A stretch of DNA of 28,631 nt from a bacterium (lineage in GTDB: Bacteria; Hinthialibacterota; Hinthialibacteria; Hinthialibacterales; Hinthialibacteraceae). Below, one piece after another: positions 25,257 through 28,631 of this stretch. The DNA lies in the NCBI GenBank assembly GCA_041946805.1, contig JBHGBC010000071.1:1-28631 (forward strand), written 5' to 3'. Position numbers and translations under genes: made by a program. The first letter of the stretch is position 1, and each line of letters opens with the position of its first letter. The notes under the pieces are model-generated. The model saw nothing but the letters and a program-made list of their open reading frames with translations. It was not told the DNA's origin and searched no databases.

Positions 25257-26912
25257 ATGAAACGATGGATTCTGCTCACCAGTTTTTTAACGCTTTTCAG
25301 CCCACTCGTCTTCTCCCAGCCCATCGGGATCTTCGATGACCAAGTCAGCATTGGTGACGATGCCGGCGCCGGGAGCGCCACGTTTGCCAACGGGATCTAT
25401 GACATCGTCGGTTCCGGAAATGATCTCTGGGGATCGGCCGACGGCTGTTATTATGTTTACCAAGCCGTGACCGGTTCCTTCTTGATCACCACGGAGGTCA
25501 ACTGGGAAATGAGCGGCCCGCGCGATGGCCACGAGTGGAAAAAGGCGGGCTTGATGGCGCGCGACAGCCTGGAGTTCCCCGATGATCCCTCCGCCAGCCA
25601 CGTGACCGGAATCATCATCCGCAGCCAAGGCTCCAACCTGGAGCGCCGCCTGGATTACAACGGCGGTTCCCAGGACATCGAAGTGCAGGAAAAACGCTCC
25701 GATGAAACCAACGTCATCCAACTCATGCGCGTCGGGAACGTATTCACCATGCTGCGCGGCCTGACCGACGGTACGTTCCGGGTGATCGGTTCCACCGAAG
25801 TGCCCATGTCCGACACGATCATGGTGGGGCTGGTGGTCACCTCGCACGATACCAGCACGACGGAACGCGCGTTCTTCAAGGACGTGACCTTGCAGTCGCT
25901 GGATGTGGCGGTGGCGGTCACGCGGACCATCCCGTCGTACAAAGTGGAAGCGGGCGCGGCATTGGCTGGAGTGACACTGGGTTTGGAAGTGGAAACCGGA
26001 AAAACCACGGACGCCACGGTTACGGAAAAAGTGCCCGAAGGATTTACGGTTTCCAACCTGCAACCCTCCGCGGGTACGGCCAACGCCACCGCGGACGGCG
26101 TCATTACCTGGACAGTTCCCGGCGCGGCCGGCTCCGGCGCGGCCTTGAGATACGATGCCGCCGCACCGGCGGCCGCCGTGGGTGTCAAGAGTTTTTCGGG
26201 ATCCGCCAAATCCGGATCCAGTGAATTCTCCACGGGAGGCAATTGGGAAGTGACCGTGGTTCCTCCCCAATCCAACGGCTTTGGGATCTTCACCACGCAC
26301 GAGGATGTTTTCGACAACGAAACCGTGGAGGGGGACGCCGGCTATGATCCCAACACGGGAACCTACGTCGTGATCGGCACCGGCAATGACATCTGGGGCG
26401 CGGCCGACAATTTCCATTTCCTGTATATCGAGGTTTCCGGCAAGGTGTCGCTCAAGGCCAACTGCCAACTGATCGTGGGACAAGGCCATACCGAGGACGC
26501 CAAAGCCGGCCTCATGGTGCGGGATGAAATCGATCCCTCTTCGCCGCATGGCATGTCGATCATCCGGTCCTGGGGACGGGATTTCGGCCCGTTATGGCGG
26601 GATGCCTTTGCCAGTGAGTCCGGCGAGGACGAAAATCTGAATGTGCCGGGCGGCACGGTGGCGGGACGTCAGAGCGGAACGATCGAAATCACCCGCGATG
26701 GCACAAGCATCGGTTATTATTATTATGACGCCGCCACGGGAGAACGGGTGGAAACCCTCGTTCATGAAGTGGCGGAAATGACCGATCCCGTCTACGTGGG
26801 ATTCGCCGTAACCTCTCATAACGCGGGATATTACAGCACCGGGATCTTCACTAACGCCGTGCTGACCGTCAACGATAAGCCCGTGCCGGTGTTGGATTGG
26901 GCGTTGTATTAG
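25257..26912 (+). CDS. Secreted protein with two ConA/DUF1349-like beta-sandwich repeats separated by an Ig-like domain
   Basis: RBS AAGGAGA and signal peptide MKRWILL...VFSQ. Internal repeats: G[ST]GND[LI]WG.AD, KAGLM.RD and VG..VTSH. The ATG at 25257 is preferred over TTG 25203. Confidence 0.85.
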   Translation: MKRWILLTSFLTLFSPLVFSQPIGIFDDQVSIGDDAGAGSATFANGIYDIVGSGNDLWGSADGCYYVYQAVTGSFLITTEVNWEMSGPRDGHEWKKAGLMARDSLEFPDDPSASHVTGIIIRSQGSNLERRLDYNGGSQDIEVQEKRSDETNVIQLMRVGNVFTMLRGLTDGTFRVIGSTEVPMSDTIMVGLVVTSHDTSTTERAFFKDVTLQSLDVAVAVTRTIPSYKVEAGAALAGVTLGLEVETGKTTDATVTEKVPEGFTVSNLQPSAGTANATADGVITWTVPGAAGSGAALRYDAAAPAAAVGVKSFSGSAKSGSSEFSTGGNWEVTVVPPQSNGFGIFTTHEDVFDNETVEGDAGYDPNTGTYVVIGTGNDIWGAADNFHFLYIEVSGKVSLKANCQLIVGQGHTEDAKAGLMVRDEIDPSSPHGMSIIRSWGRDFGPLWRDAFASESGEDENLNVPGGTVAGRQSGTIEITRDGTSIGYYYYDAATGERVETLVHEVAEMTDPVYVGFAVTSHNAGYYSTGIFTNAVLTVNDKPVPVLDWALY

Positions 26913-26937
26913 AGAAATCCGCGCGATGGACTTCCAA

Positions 26938-26972
26938 AGGGCAGGCAAGGGATTCGCCTGCCCTTCTGTTTA
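26938..26972. terminator. Hairpin between convergent genes (terminator or REP-like)
   Basis: AGGGCAGGC/GCCTGCCCT stem followed by TCTGTTT. Confidence 0.55.
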
Positions 26973-27021
26973 TTATCCCTATCAACAGGAGGGACGGGTT
27001 GGTTGTGCATCGCCCTTGCGC

Positions 27022-28428
27022 CTACGGAATTTGGAATGATCCCAGGCAATACCACCCATCCGGATCTCTTCCGGCAATGGCCAAACGAACCGCCGGTTGG
27101 TTGGTGGAAGGATCCCGAAGCGCCACCCGCAATTGGTATGAACCGGGAGACCAGTTTGGCGGAATGTGAATCGGCTCTTCGATCCGGGAATAACCCGGTA
27201 GCCAATTCCGTACATCGGCCGAGGAAGAATGCTCGAAGGTTGCGGCTTCGTTTTTAATTTGGTAAACAAGCCGGTAAGGGAGATAGACCGGCGCCACCCC
27301 GGTGTTTTCCCATAAGGTTTCCAAGTTCATCACCGATCCGGCCTTGACCTCATCGGGCCACTGTATCCGGCGAAGCACGAACCGGTATCCCATTTTCCGC
27401 AAGAAATCGTTCACAAGTCCCCAATGCTCCGGGGGTACGGCCGAGGATTTGTTATTGAACACGGACGTGTGGTATTGCAACGCCCGGTCGAATATGGCCT
27501 TGATATCCCATCCCTGCTGGGCCCAGTACTGCATCGTCCAACAGGACTCGAACACGACGGGGGCCTTCTTCCAAGCTTCCAAGGCTCCCGCCTTGGACAG
27601 TTCGATCGGATAGAGGTCTTCCATGTGGTTCCAATTGGGGCTGAAACCCCCCAGGTCGCCCAGGCAATCGGCCCGCCACCCGGTCCCCAGCTGGATCGCG
27701 TGCGCCATCGCTTCCCCCCCGCCGATCAACATCACCAGCCAACTTTTGGTGAACGCGTGGCGGTAGAGATCGGTAAACTCGATCTGCGTGGCCACGGAGG
27801 GCATGGGATGCCCCGTTTCGGAAGTATGCCATTCCCCCCAGCGCCCGACGATCCCCATATCGATGTGATCGATGTCCGGGTGTCCATCGTAGCGTTCTCC
27901 CATTGCGGCCACGAGATTCCCGAAATGCTGACGAAATAGAGGGCTTTCATAATCCGGCATCCAACTTTTGCCGTCTTCATACGTAAATCCGGGGGCCATC
28001 GCGTGATACCAGGCGGGAGCCTTGGGTACTCCGTTTTGCGGCATGAGGCGAAACGCCAATTTTTGTCCATTGCGCCGGGCTTCTTCGATGGCGCGGTCGA
28101 TCAGATCCCACCGGTACCGGCCTTGTTCCGGTTCGATTTCATCCCAATACCACCGGAAATAGGCGATCGAGGAAGGAGGGTAGCCACTATACCTCAGATC
28201 GCCGTTCGGCTGTACCAGCTCATCCAACTTCCGGGAATCCCACTCCTTTCCCTCTCCCACATGATCCTTGTTGAAATGGTGGAATGTCGTAAATCCCATG
28301 CCGGGATTGATCAGGACGTCGTGTATTTCCTTCGGCTTCACGATCGTATATTGACTGAAAGAGGCGGGTACCGCCAAGCAGAACAAGGCCCCGCTGATGC
28401 CCATGGAAATCAACCGGCTTTTTTTCAT
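27022..28428 (-). CDS. Secreted DUF4832-domain putative glycoside hydrolase (GH42/beta-galactosidase-like barrel)
   Basis: Signal peptide, 'LINPGMG', 'YFRWYWDEIEPEQGRYRW', 'RYDGHP', 'G.WGEWH', 'MGYRFVL', 'WENTGVAPVY' and 'AVRLAI.GR'. RBS GGGAGA precedes ATG 28428; the ORF extends to 28467. Confidence 0.85.
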   Translation of the reverse strand: MKKSRLISMGISGALFCLAVPASFSQYTIVKPKEIHDVLINPGMGFTTFHHFNKDHVGEGKEWDSRKLDELVQPNGDLRYSGYPPSSIAYFRWYWDEIEPEQGRYRWDLIDRAIEEARRNGQKLAFRLMPQNGVPKAPAWYHAMAPGFTYEDGKSWMPDYESPLFRQHFGNLVAAMGERYDGHPDIDHIDMGIVGRWGEWHTSETGHPMPSVATQIEFTDLYRHAFTKSWLVMLIGGGEAMAHAIQLGTGWRADCLGDLGGFSPNWNHMEDLYPIELSKAGALEAWKKAPVVFESCWTMQYWAQQGWDIKAIFDRALQYHTSVFNNKSSAVPPEHWGLVNDFLRKMGYRFVLRRIQWPDEVKAGSVMNLETLWENTGVAPVYLPYRLVYQIKNEAATFEHSSSADVRNWLPGYSRIEEPIHIPPNWSPGSYQLRVALRDPSTNQPAVRLAIAGRDPDGWYCLGSFQIP

Positions 28429-28631
28429 GATGTCGTTGTCTCCCTGGAACATGAATTCAGGATTCAAGGCAATCTAAATCGCGGTTCCATTCTACCTTGG
28501 GCTGGGAGAAAAAGTTCAGTGCGGTGGAGCAGAGAAGGAGAGGATGTTCCGGCCTCATGGTTCTTTTTTGGATCATCCGGCAAGTGCGTACTTTTTTTCC
28601 GATCGCCGGTTCGCATCTCTTCGAAATGATC

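Noticed and set aside
25287..26549. 420-aa minus-strand ORF
   Set aside because: Antisense to the secreted repeat protein, which has an RBS, a signal peptide and internal repeats.

Overview
GC-rich bacterial chromosomal window with about 19 supportable protein genes, mostly on the minus strand. I found no rRNA, tRNA, CRISPR array or intact transposase. The host is probably a diderm, PVC-like or candidate-phylum organism (inferred from a Minf_1886-family gene and LolA- and SurA-like genes). The left half holds glycogen genes (glgA, GH57) and envelope genes (LolA-like, two parvulin/SurA PPIases, GT2 and GT-C glycosyltransferases, a glycine-zipper lipoprotein, an orphan BlaI-type repressor). The most notable part is 14.7-22.85 kb: an ECF sigma factor, a coupled zinc-finger/TM/TPR anti-sigma factor and an 1842-aa secreted thioester protein. 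That protein has animal-TEP-like motifs, a GCFEQ thioester, a complement-C3-like H-x-E-M motif 112 aa downstream, and a GspG-like insert plus a long bait region. No pbpC lies next to it. The right end encodes a UroD-family protein, a secreted tandem beta-sandwich protein ending in a possible W-x-x-Y sorting motif, and a DUF4832-type hydrolase. Several REP-like palindrome families occupy the intergenic gaps. All family assignments come from motif recognition, not database searches.
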